DNA of 46,289 nucleotides, taken from the NCBI GenBank assembly GCA_900128585.1, contig LT642169.1, positions 1 through 46,289 on the forward strand, in the 5' to 3' direction. Shown here one piece after another: positions 1 through 10,700 of the stretch. The position numbers and the translations under genes are program-made. Source of the DNA: Stramenopiles sp. TOSAG23-3 (Eukaryota). The notes under the pieces were generated by a model, which saw only the letters and a list, made by a program, of their open reading frames with translations, did no database searches and had not been told where the DNA came from. How positions within the stretch are numbered: the stretch's first letter is position 1; the number at the start of each line of letters is the position of its first letter.

Positions 1-180
1 ATAATAATAAAATAATAATAACGACTACTATATTACATACACCATACTTGACTTCTTCTGAATAATATTACCAAAGGGAAAAACTATTTGCGTGTAGGTT
101 TTTGATGAGGGTAGGAACGAAACGTTTTGTTTTTGTGAAAATGACATGCAACGGTAGGAATGAAGACAGGCCGAACCGTT

Positions 181-954
181 TTAATCTTTCTCTTTAAAGG
201 GCGCCATGAGTTCTTCCTCCCCTGGCTCTTTTTTCGCTGCGGACTTTTTTTCAGGAGTAGGTTTTACTGTTTCGCCCACCGCCATGTCATCTGGAAGTTT
301 CAGCATGTGGCAAAGGTTCAGCCTGTCATGGTAATCCTCAAACAAATGCAAAATCATGGAAAACGCTTCCTTGTTCATGAGCGCTTCGTACGATGCTGCC
401 GCAACAGCAATTTTGTCAAAAGAGGTAGGAAAATTCATAATTTCCAAGAGGTCGAGGGCCTGGTTGATGGTCACATTATGGGACGAGAAAAATTTCTTCA
501 CTAAATCAACGCATGTCTCGCCGTCTTCTTCACTTTTTACAACGCCCATCATCTGCTCAAACTCCTCCTTTGAAGTCCCATCTTTCTTCATCTTTTTCAT
601 CAATTTCTTCACCACATCTAAAATAACAACTTCAATCTCTACCCCCCTCCTTGTCCCCACCGAGACCGCTTCGACTTTGGTCCCGGGCTGGTAAAGACGA
701 AACTGGAACGTATTGCTCGTGTGCCCCCAGCACATAATGGTGTAGTAGGGGTAGTGCCGCATTTGTTCCCTCGTTTCTAAGTCTGCAAACACCACCGACT
801 CCGGCTCCAACCGCATGTAAAACCTAGACGGGAGGGCGGATTTATCCTTATCGGCCGGGGTGACAATATACTCCGGCGTCGTCGCATCTTTACTATTTTT
901 ACCTTTCGGGCTGCCTGGCCCGGCTGCCCCCGCCGCCGACGCCCCTGCACCCAT
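181..954 (-). CDS. Hypothetical protein: N-myristoylation-type start, PH/PTB(FERM-C)-like domain and DUF4476-like helical C-terminal domain
   Basis: 257-aa ATG ORF in a GC-richer island; starts MGAGAS (G2,S6). VVFAD..RHYPYYTIMCWGHTSNTFQF..TRRGVEI resembles FERM C-lobe/PTB folds; VTINQALDLL..FDKIAVA..YEALMNKEAF..ILHLF resembles DUF4476. Domain calls by eye. Confidence 0.6.
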   Translation of the reverse strand: MGAGASAAGAAGPGSPKGKNSKDATTPEYIVTPADKDKSALPSRFYMRLEPESVVFADLETREQMRHYPYYTIMCWGHTSNTFQFRLYQPGTKVEAVSVGTRRGVEIEVVILDVVKKLMKKMKKDGTSKEEFEQMMGVVKSEEDGETCVDLVKKFFSSHNVTINQALDLLEIMNFPTSFDKIAVAAASYEALMNKEAFSMILHLFEDYHDRLNLCHMLKLPDDMAVGETVKPTPEKKSAAKKEPGEEELMAPFKEKD

Positions 955-1441
955 CTAGTAGCTACTTGCTCGGTTCCCGACAAAGACTAACCACAACAAA
1001 CGCGAAGGAAAGAGAGAAAAAAAGGCAGTAAAAAACGCGAACAACGCGTTTTCTACTTCTTATCAATTCCGTAACACTGAACTTTAAAATCTCATATAAC
1101 TTACTTTTACATGTAATTCTTTTTGTTTTTTACTCTTGTCCCATATCTTAATCTTTGTGGTGTATTATTATTTATTTTTATTATTATTATTATTAATAAA
1201 TAATAATAATAATAAATGATAATAATAATCCTATAATAAGAGGCTATTATAATGTAATGATGTAATAGTTTAATAATAATATAATAATACAACACAGCAG
1301 AGAAGAAGAACAGAGAAGAGAGAGAAAAAAACAACAACAGCGCCGCCTTCCCTTGTGCCTTGCCTCCTTGCCTCCTTGCCTCCTCCTACTTAATATTATT
1401 CTCTTTTTTTGGTCTTCTTCTTCTCTTTTATTTTTAATGTA

Positions 1442-1506
1442 NNNNNNNNNNNNNNNNNNNNNNNNNNNNNNNNNNNNNNNNNNNNNNNNNNNNNNNNNNN
1501 NNNNNN
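1442..1506. other. Assembly gap (N run)
   Basis: Run of N bases. Confidence 0.99.
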
Positions 1507-2124
1507 TAACACAACTAACACAATGCACAAGAATGAATGAAATAATTAAAGATGTAATTCTTCATTGTAATTTTATATAATGTATTCCAACATTGTAACA
1601 TTGTAACACTTGCTTCCTTATTTAATTATAAATATCGTTGAAATACTTAATTCCAGCGCCGTTTAGTGCTGGACAAGAGAACCAACACATATTTAAGGAT
1701 ATGTATATAAAGGGATAAAGGTATAAGACCCTTCAGAATGATTAAGTCATTGTAGATGTAGGGATTTAGATGAAATCATTTCTTAATATTAATTATAATT
1801 AAAAAGTGATAAAATATACATTATACATATACACAGCATAAATATCATATATAATATATATTTACATATATATCCTTACTATTGATTTATTTGGTCCAGC
1901 TCTAGTGCCGTTTCATTCTCAATGCTATTTCTATATATTCATTCGATGAAAATTGATAAAAAACGGTAAAAAGAGTAAAACTAAATTCTTCAACTCCTTT
2001 AACCGATGGTATGATCATGTTAAATTATATTTATCTATAAAAATATTATCATCCTCCTCCATATCATCATATTCCTCCTTCTCTCTCTCATCATCATCAT
2101 CGTCGGGTCTCCTCGTCTCCTCCG

Positions 2125-2210
2125 CTTCTTCTTCTTCTTCTTCTTCTTCTTCTTCTTCTTCTCTTCTTTTCTTCTTCTTCTTCTCTTCTTCTTTTGTTCT
2201 TCTTCTTTGT
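2125..2210 (+). repeat. (TTC)n microsatellite
   Basis: Direct reading of cttcttctt... tract upstream of the MORN gene. Confidence 0.9.
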
Positions 2211-2500
2211 TGTCGTCCGTTTCTTCTTTCTTTTTTTGTTCTTGTTTGTTTAAATGTCTTTGTTTGCTTGCATGCAAAGGGAAATAAACGCAGATAGTAT
2301 TTGCATTGATTGTTAACTCTTCACACGTTTTAGAACGGGTTTATTATTATTTAAACTCGAAGACGGCACGCGAGAGAATATTAGAACGAATACAGGGCGG
2401 TACTCAAACTCCTCAGGGCTTACTCGAAGAAAACGAACCCTCCCCGGTCATCCAACCATCCAGCCAGCAACAGCACTTATTCATATACACGTAGCCAACC

Positions 2501-3547
2501 ATGTACACTGAAAAATTATGGAGAAAGAACGAAGCGCGTTCCCATAAGAATGGGCCAAGGCACCAGATCGCATTTATTAGGCACAACCCAGAGTACGAAG
2601 AGAGCAAGAAGTCCGGGAAACCACAAGCCCAATGGAAGACCGGGAAAACATACTCGGGAGACTGGGACCACGACAAACGGCAAGGTTTCGGTACGCAAAC
2701 GTGGCCCAACGGGAACAAGTACGAGGGGGATTGGCAAACGAACAAGCGGCACGGAAAAGGAACGTTTTGGGTGAAAGAAGGCCCCCGTCTCCGCAAACAA
2801 TACACTGGGGACTGGGTGAACAACATGAGAGACGGCGTTGGAATATTTTATTACAAGAAGGGGCACAAGTACGAAGGCGAGTGGCGCCAGAACGTGAGGC
2901 ATGGGCGTGGCAAGATGGTGTACGATTCTGGCGACGTTTACGAAGGCGACTGGGTCGAGGACAAACGATCGGGGCTTGGCGTGTTGACCATGGTCAACGG
3001 CAACCGGTACGAGGGCCACTGGCTGGACGACAAAAAAGAAGGCCCCGGGCGGTTCTTTTATCGCGTCACGTGCAAAATGTACGAAGGCGAGTGGGTAGAC
3101 GACACCGCAAAGTGCGGGGTGTACTCGGACATCCCTGCCAGTTCGTTCGCGGACGCGCAGGCAATGGAGGATTTTCTCCAGCGTAACGAAGGATTCACGT
3201 TTCAGCTGCAGCCGCTTGCGTTGCTTAATACAGAAACCGTCTTGACGGAAGCCGTGGCGTCCGTGCGACGGGCCCGGGCCGCGGAACGAGGGGCCAAGGC
3301 TATCGAGGTCGCCGGTGGGGTGTTTACCCCAGAAGAAATTCGCCAGCTGCAAGACGCGTTTGGCAGTGTGGACAACCAGGGCAAGGGTTTGATTCCGTCG
3401 TCCGGGCTTCTGACGGTACTGGAAAATCTCGGTATGGAACCTACCCGCGAAGATGTAGACGCCTTGATGATGGAGTTAGGAACCACTATGGATGGCACAG
3501 TTAGTTTTGCAGAGTTTACGGGTGTTTTGGCACGCCTGAAGATCTAG
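2501..3547 (+). CDS. MORN3: MORN repeat-containing protein 3-like with C-terminal EF-hand pair
   Basis: Seven MORN repeats (YSGDW..RQGFG, YEGDW..RHGKG, YTGDW..RDGVG, YEGEW..RHGRG, YEGDW..RSGLG, YEGHW..KEGPG, YEGEWVDDTAKCG); MORN3-type N-terminus (SHKNGPRH) and end (WVDD.AKCG); calmodulin-lobe-like tail FTPEEIRQLQDAF...DGTVSFAEF. Confidence 0.85.
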   Translation: MYTEKLWRKNEARSHKNGPRHQIAFIRHNPEYEESKKSGKPQAQWKTGKTYSGDWDHDKRQGFGTQTWPNGNKYEGDWQTNKRHGKGTFWVKEGPRLRKQYTGDWVNNMRDGVGIFYYKKGHKYEGEWRQNVRHGRGKMVYDSGDVYEGDWVEDKRSGLGVLTMVNGNRYEGHWLDDKKEGPGRFFYRVTCKMYEGEWVDDTAKCGVYSDIPASSFADAQAMEDFLQRNEGFTFQLQPLALLNTETVLTEAVASVRRARAAERGAKAIEVAGGVFTPEEIRQLQDAFGSVDNQGKGLIPSSGLLTVLENLGMEPTREDVDALMMELGTTMDGTVSFAEFTGVLARLKI

Positions 3548-4043
3548 AAGAAGCCGTTCGGTGGTTGGTTGGTATGTTTTGCATTACAACCTTGATCAGA
3601 AAAACGTCTGAAGATGTACACACGAAGGCAGGTAGAGTTAAAAAAATAAGAGGCGCTAGTAGTTGTTCCGCTCTCCTATAAATACACATGGGAGGTAGGT
3701 GGCAATGTTAAACTAAATATTTAATAGCTATAATGGTGTCTGCTTTATCTATAAAACCTTATTTCATCGTCTCCCTTTACCAGAACCCGATACAACGGTC
3801 ACCACCACACTTCTGAACCGTGTTGGTTTTCCCGAGAGATCAATTGCTTTTCCAAACCAATCCATTTGTTCCTTTTCCTCGCTAAACAAAATATACAAAT
3901 GCCCCGCCTGGTTCGTTCCTCGCTCCGACCCCGCCCCTGGAGGTTCTCCCAAGTGTCAAAAAAACGAATTTGGCGAAACTGCTACGCGACTTTTGAATTT
4001 CCTCCTCTCATTTCTAAAAAAGGTATTGCCAAACGAAAAGGGC

Positions 4044-5024
4044 CTACTTGCGGCCGCCCCTCGGGGGCGTGGCCGGTCGGGACGCTCCCATCCCGCCGTA
4101 CGCGTACCTTTGCTTGCGCTCCGCAGGTTTCAATATCTGAAACGAGCACATGAGCGTATCGTCAATACTCATCATGGCCCCGGCGTTGTCGAACTCCCCG
4201 CAGTAGTTGGGCGCCGAAAACAGGGTTACGAGCTGCCGTTTGGCGAAGAACTCGTAACCGTCTTCCACCACCTGGTGGGCCCGGCAGATCAAATCGAAAT
4301 CGTTGTCCCGCAAGAACTTGGACACCACGTTCTGCCCAAAGGTGTAGGACACCCCTCGATCGTTCGCGCCCCACCCCATGAGGTCCCCGTCCGGATCGGC
4401 CCAGAGAAGGTCGCACAAAAGTCCCGCGTCTGGGATGTCCGCCGGACGCTGGATTTGGTGCAGCTGGTTAATATCGTTCAGCTCCGGGGACAGGCCGCCG
4501 TGCACGCACAGGATTCGCTCGTCGATGATTGCGCTGAAAGGCAGGCAGTTGAACACGTCGTTGAACCGCTTCCACAACTTTGCGTTGTAGCGACGTTTGC
4601 ACTCGTCGAAGAACCCGTAGATCCTGTTGATGCCGGCGACCTCGTGGTTCCCACGAAGCATGAAAAAGTTTTCTGGGTATTTGATTTTGTAAGAAAGCAA
4701 GAGACAAATGGTTTCCAGGCTTTGCTTCCCACGGTCCACGTAGTCGCCCAGAAACAAATAGTTCGCGTCGGGGGGGAACTGCCCGTATTCAAATAGTCTT
4801 AACAAGTCGTAGTACTGCCCGTGCACGTCCCCGCACACTTTCAGGGGAGCCTCAAGTTCTAACAACACCGGTTGCTCCATGAAGATCTTTTGCGCATTGT
4901 CGCACAGAAAGTATATCTCCCTTTCTTCCAGATTTACCTGATGCCCCGGACGCTTCCCTCGTACAGACAATAACTTATCAATAATGGAATCCACATTTAT
5001 ACCTGCACCCTTTTTCTTCGACAT
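4044..5024 (-). CDS. PPP1C: Serine/threonine protein phosphatase PP1 catalytic subunit
   Basis: PPP motifs [54 protein letters not shown] (PP1-specific); C-terminal TPPR CDK site. Confidence 0.98.
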   Translation of the reverse strand: MSKKKGAGINVDSIIDKLLSVRGKRPGHQVNLEEREIYFLCDNAQKIFMEQPVLLELEAPLKVCGDVHGQYYDLLRLFEYGQFPPDANYLFLGDYVDRGKQSLETICLLLSYKIKYPENFFMLRGNHEVAGINRIYGFFDECKRRYNAKLWKRFNDVFNCLPFSAIIDERILCVHGGLSPELNDINQLHQIQRPADIPDAGLLCDLLWADPDGDLMGWGANDRGVSYTFGQNVVSKFLRDNDFDLICRAHQVVEDGYEFFAKRQLVTLFSAPNYCGEFDNAGAMMSIDDTLMCSFQILKPAERKQRYAYGGMGASRPATPPRGGRK

Positions 5025-6780
5025 GATGGATCTTCGTCTTCGTGCGCGTTAATGATTGGTAACCCTTTCCTAATGAATTCGTTGCGGCTGGACGCGTCTT
5101 CGTTAAAGCAAACACACACGCACACACACAAGTAACAGAACAGCAGCAGGCCACAAGAAAACGAGAGATATATCTTGATGGCTGGACCGTTGCGAGACGC
5201 GGATGGTAGGTAGGTAGTAGGTAGCACTGGGACTTTCAACGTAGTGAACGACACAGTAAACGCTAACTGGACACGTGCGTGATGGAAATTATGAAAATGT
5301 TTACACTCATCTCACTTCCACTAAACTCTATAATTCATTCATTCCAGTTCATAAGTTGGAAGAAGTTCTTCTATTTTTTTTTTTAAATATTATTTTATTT
5401 GCTAGCAGCTGCTCCTCACTGCTTGCTTCTTCTTCTTTTCTTCTTTCTTCTTCTTTCTTCTTATTATTATTGTGGAGTATATGATGTAGTTAGTTATTGG
5501 GTGGTTCGATGGGTGGAAAGGTTAATTTAAATTAAATAAATAAATACAAGTATAATGGTTTAGTATGAAATAGAATACGTTGTAATTTAAAATTAATCAA
5601 AGTACAATAGTGATATAGAAATGAACAATGTACAAATCAAGTACTAGTATTCTTCTAGATAAAGTATACCAACTGGGGAGGAAGAATAAATACCCTTCTG
5701 AAACAAAGAAGAACTGAGAATTAAATACTGTGTATTGTATTGTATTATATAGGTAAGTATTGTACTTATAAGTAATTATCAACTATGGAATTTATGCTTA
5801 AGGTATATATTATTCCAATTGTGCTTTTTGTTTGACGCTATAATGATAAATTTATTATATAGTATATGCATGTTTTTAATATAATAATCCTTATTTTATG
5901 AAGTGGATTTGGAATTGATTCGTCGAATTTAAAGTCGAAAAAAAAGAAGAAAATCAATCAAATTGAAATGAAGTGGGTGGTGAGAGTAGTATATGTATAC
6001 TAATAAACAATACAAGTCATAAATTGATAGGTAATATATAATTATTAATTACCCGATATGTATATGTATATATGTATTTATATACGTATTGTTATTTTTA
6101 GAATACAATATATATGTAGTTATAAAAATACTTGAAAATAATATTTAAAAACAGCTTATACAATAAAAAGAAAGGCATTTCTTTCATTCGATCTCTATGC
6201 TGTGTTTATGTAAATCAAGCGATTCTGAATAATTTTAAAATTGAACACCTGCTATTTCAACTTTAAATTACTAATGCTATGTTAAATGAACACTTTCGTC
6301 TCTTCACTTTTCATCATCCATCAGCACAACCACCAAAAATGAAGGAGAGATAATAATGGCAGTGAACGGAGGAGGGATTACAATCATCTGCTGGCTGCTG
6401 GGCTGGGCTTGGCACTGGCTGGGCCCGCCAAAAAAAACGAAGAAAGAAGATGAAGGAGGGAAGAAGGAAAGGAAACAAAACGATGGAAGGAAGAATATAC
6501 AACAACAATATGGAATGTATGATAGGTAAATATACATATTGTATTGAATTACGATAAAGGGAGGGAAAATAATTAAACCTAAGCATAATTTATTTTAATG
6601 ATACTTTAATATTACCTATGGACCTATATAGATATACATTGGAACAGTCTCATAACTATAGAAGTGTTATATAGAACGGGGGTAGGGTGGGTTTGGTTCG
6701 GTTCGGTTTGCTATATAACTAACTATACAGGAGGAGGGGAGGGAAGGAAGGAAGGAAAGAAAGAAGGAAGGAAAGAAATA

Positions 6781-6914
6781 AGAAGAGAGAAGAAGAGAGA
6801 AGAAGAGAGAAGAAGAGAGAANNNNNNNNNNNNNNNNNNNNNNNNNNNNNNNNNNNNNNNNNNNNNNNNNNNNNNNNNNNNNNNNNNNNNNNNNNNNNNN
6901 NNNNNNNNNNNNNN

Positions 6915-6945
<31 letters not shown>

Positions 6946-6991
6946 AACAAACAAACAAACAAACAAACAAACAAACAAACAAACAAACAAA
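6781..6991 (+). repeat. Compound microsatellite (AGAAGAGAGA)n / (AAAG)n / (AAAC)n spanning assembly gap 6822-6914
   Basis: Direct reading; N run 6822-6914. Confidence 0.9.
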
Positions 6992-7269
6992 CAGAGAAAG
7001 AAAAGAAAGAAAGAGTTCAGAAGAAAAATGATTGAATTTGAGGTTCTGTAATATATATAGATGCTATGTTTATGTATGAATAAATAGGTGGTGGGTGGAT
7101 ACAGCTACAATAGTAGTTCTAAATATTAATTCTACAATATAGCTACAGCATAGCTATGATATGGAATACAACTCAAGGAGTCACCTCACAGTGAAGAGTT
7201 TAAATTAAAATATAATACAGTAGCAGCATGGTTTATAAAAAAAACAATTCTCTTTTTTTTTATTTTTAT

Positions 7270-7438
7270 AAGAAAGAAGAAGAAGAAAGAAGAAGAAGAA
7301 AGAAGAAGAAAGAAGAAGAAAGAAGAAGAAGAAAGAAGAAGAAAGAAGAAGAAGAAAGAAGAAGAAAGATGAAAGAAAGAAAGAAGAAAGAAAGAAAGAA
7401 GAAAGAAAGAAAGAAAGAGGAGTCGAAAGAAAGAAAAA
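7270..7438 (+). repeat. GAA-rich polypurine microsatellite
   Basis: Nearly pure A/G tract of gaa/gaaa units. Confidence 0.9.
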
Positions 7439-7764
7439 TGTAATACTATTATAATAAAAAAATATATATAATAATAATAATAACTTTTTTAATAATAATA
7501 ATAATAATAATTAAAAAAAATATATATATAATCATCAATCAATAATAATAATTCTTTTGAAATTATTATATTGGTCTTCTTTGAATGAATTGAAACGTAT
7601 GTTACGTTCAGATAGATTTGTTTTCTTTCTTACGTATGTTTTTGTTATGTTACAAACGCAAAGTTTGTATTTTTACAGTTACCTGAACCCCATCCCATCC
7701 ATTATTTTTACTCAAACCTTTTGTTTATTTTGTTGTCGCAACGACGGACGGACGGACGGACGAA

Positions 7765-10700
7765 ATGAGCTCTTCGGGGAAACGGCGGTCTGGTAGAAGA
7801 CGGACCGGTACGAAAGGGGCCCGGTCTTCGAGACGAAAGTCGTTTTTAAATCAGATAGGGTCTTACATCGGCTTAGGAACTGCGGAGAGTGAGTCGGAGG
7901 GCTACAGCAGCCTCACAGACAACGACTCCATTGGAACGAACGGGGACCAGGACGCGCTGCCCGACGCAAGCCCGGCGAACGGACCCTCGCCGTCACGCAC
8001 CGGCTCGAGCGAGCCGAACGACAGCTTCGCCCTGGAAGAAACTCCGACGGGGGGCGACAACGGGCTTGGGGTAGGCCTTAGGCTGAAGCCCCAGCTATCC
8101 GAGGAGGAGTTGCACAAATTGAAGTACAAAGGCGCGTACGTTCGGTCGATGAAGGTGGCGAAAATCAAGACCCATCTAAAGTCGCTCGGGCTGGAGCAAG
8201 ACGGGAAAAAGGACGTCGTAAAGGCACGCTTAATCGCCGCCATCGTGGAACTCCACCACGCGGCGGAGAACCCCTATTTTTTAAAGAGCCCCAGCCCGAA
8301 GCCTTCCAAAGCATCCAAACGCTCAAAAAACGAGGCCCCAGGAAAGGCGCCTACCCGGAAGAGCCTAGAAAAAGCCGAGACCAAACCAGCGACCGCTACG
8401 CGCGCGTCTCGGCGGACGAGGAAGAAGGCCGACGAGCCCAAGGATGAGAATCCCAGCGTCTCCCCGACCCGACGGTCGACTAGGGCGAGGGCTCCACCGA
8501 AAAAGGAAGATCCGCCCGCCGTAAGACAGTCCTCGCGGAGAAACGCTGCGGTGTCCAAGACGATTTCCCCCCAAGAGGGAAACCCGAAGAAGCCGGAGAA
8601 AGCAAAGAAGGCGGCGGCCGCGAAGAAGAAGAAACCTAGCGCACGGAAGAAAACGACGGGGCGGTGGAGCGAGGAGGACAAGGCAGCCTTGGTGGAGATG
8701 AGGGATTCCGGGAGGGACTGGTCGGACATCTCCAAAGCCCTCGGGCGGTCGAAGGGCGCTGTTGAGGGCAAATATAGACAACTGAAGAAAGTGGTGGACG
8801 GCCAGAAAACAGCAAAGCCTGACGTGGAGACAGGTCGGAGGAGCACTAGAAGAAGTTCCAAACGAAAGATAGCTGACGTGGGGCATGCGGAGACCGAGGA
8901 GCCCCCAAAGCAGCGCGCACCGAGCCGCAAGCGGGCTGCCAAACCGAGCTCGCCCGCGAAGGAGCGGCTGCTAAAAGGGCGCGCTGCTTCCACCGAGGAG
9001 GCAGCAAGCGATGAGATCGAAATGGATGAAACCCCGAAGGAGCCCACGAAAATGACAAGCAAGAAGTTCAAGGATCGCAAACAGCCCCCGTATTTGGCCG
9101 AGGAGTGCCCGGACACAAGCAGAATCGGCAACGACGGCCGCATGTACAAAAGTGAAGCGAACAAGAGAGGGAAGTATCGCTGGTTGTTGGACAAGGCCGC
9201 GAAGGTGGCCAAGGCCCCTGTCGCGAAGGCGGCAAAAGCGAGCAAACGAGTCTCCAACAAGAGTGTAGTGAAGGAAGTAGTCAGGAAGCCGGAACCCGTG
9301 GAGCAAGACGTTCTGGACGACGATGCAGAAGTGGGCGCGCCTGAAGAATTCGACGCCGCAGAAGCCTCTGCGTCAGCCGAAGCCAAATCGTTCGAGGAAG
9401 ACATTGTTGAGCTTTTGCAAGACGATGAGGAGGACGAAGTCGCCGTGGAACAACTGAAACCAGCGGTGTCCCAGGCAAGCGAAGAGCTCAACTATAACGA
9501 CCCAGAAGTGTTGAAGCAGTTCATCAACAAGATTGGCAACAAGAAAATACAGAGTGAGCTCCTCTCGGGGTTGGAACGCGGTACTAAAGGGGAAGAGGAA
9601 AATGTCGAAAGGAACCAATCCCCTGAAATTGTTCTCAAACCACCACGCCGTAGCGCCGGTGGTTCTTCCCACGATGGCGCGGGCAACGAAGGCCACTCGT
9701 CCACTAGCGGGCCCGAGGCGCTAACGGTTGTAGAATTGTCCGGGATAGGGGGCAGCCTAGCACAGGACCAGAGCCCGTTTGTTGCACCCGCTCCAATAAA
9801 ACCGATTGCTCAGAAGCCAGATTCCATTACTACGCCAGAGTCTTCTTTGGTCGCAAGTGATCCCCGGAGCAGAACAGAGACCAACCAAGTAATTCGCACG
9901 TTCATTGGCATGCACCGCCGGGAAGACGCCGGGGTCACAGTTTCGAACAATACGGATAGTTGGGGCAGTGTTGCCGACGACGAACCGCGGTCCGGGTTTG
10001 TGGCGCCGTTCCAAGTACGCCCGCAGGGCAATGGGGGCACACCGGTTTACAAACACGCAGACACGCCATACGTTCAACGTGCCCAGGGGTACATGAACGG
10101 CAACGCCAATGCAGGCACCCCGCAGTTTCATGGGCCGCGGCCGGACTATGTACCGGGCGTTTACTCCATGCAGCGACGTAGCCAATACGCCCCTGTGGGC
10201 TACCTTCCAGACCCGAGAAGGTACCCGTATTCAGCGCCGAGGATGAGACCAGGAATGCAGGGGTACAACCCCACTCCCGGCCACCCGGGGTCCGGGAAAA
10301 GGCCGAGGCCTGTCGATCTGCCGTATTTGACTTACTCCACGAGTCGCCCGGTTGCCCAAAATGGGGCACTCATGCGGTCGGATCTCGAAAGTCCAACGCC
10401 GTACGCCCAGCGTCATTCTGCAAAGAAACGGCGGACGTCTGTTGGCGGATACTTGGGAACTCCAGGAAATTTTTCGTACGGGCAACCTCCGTTTTCCTCC
10501 AGAAACGCATATTCATCTTCTTATACCGATGGGTATGCAAGGCCGCGTTCCAAGCCACGAATACGTGGGCCTGTGAACCAAATTTTGCTAGGAAATTCAG
10601 CTACAAAATCGCCAGCATCAACACCAATCAGATCGACTGATGTTGCAAAACGAATCCTTGATACGCTGGAACAAATGTCTACTCCAATGAGTAGAAAGTC

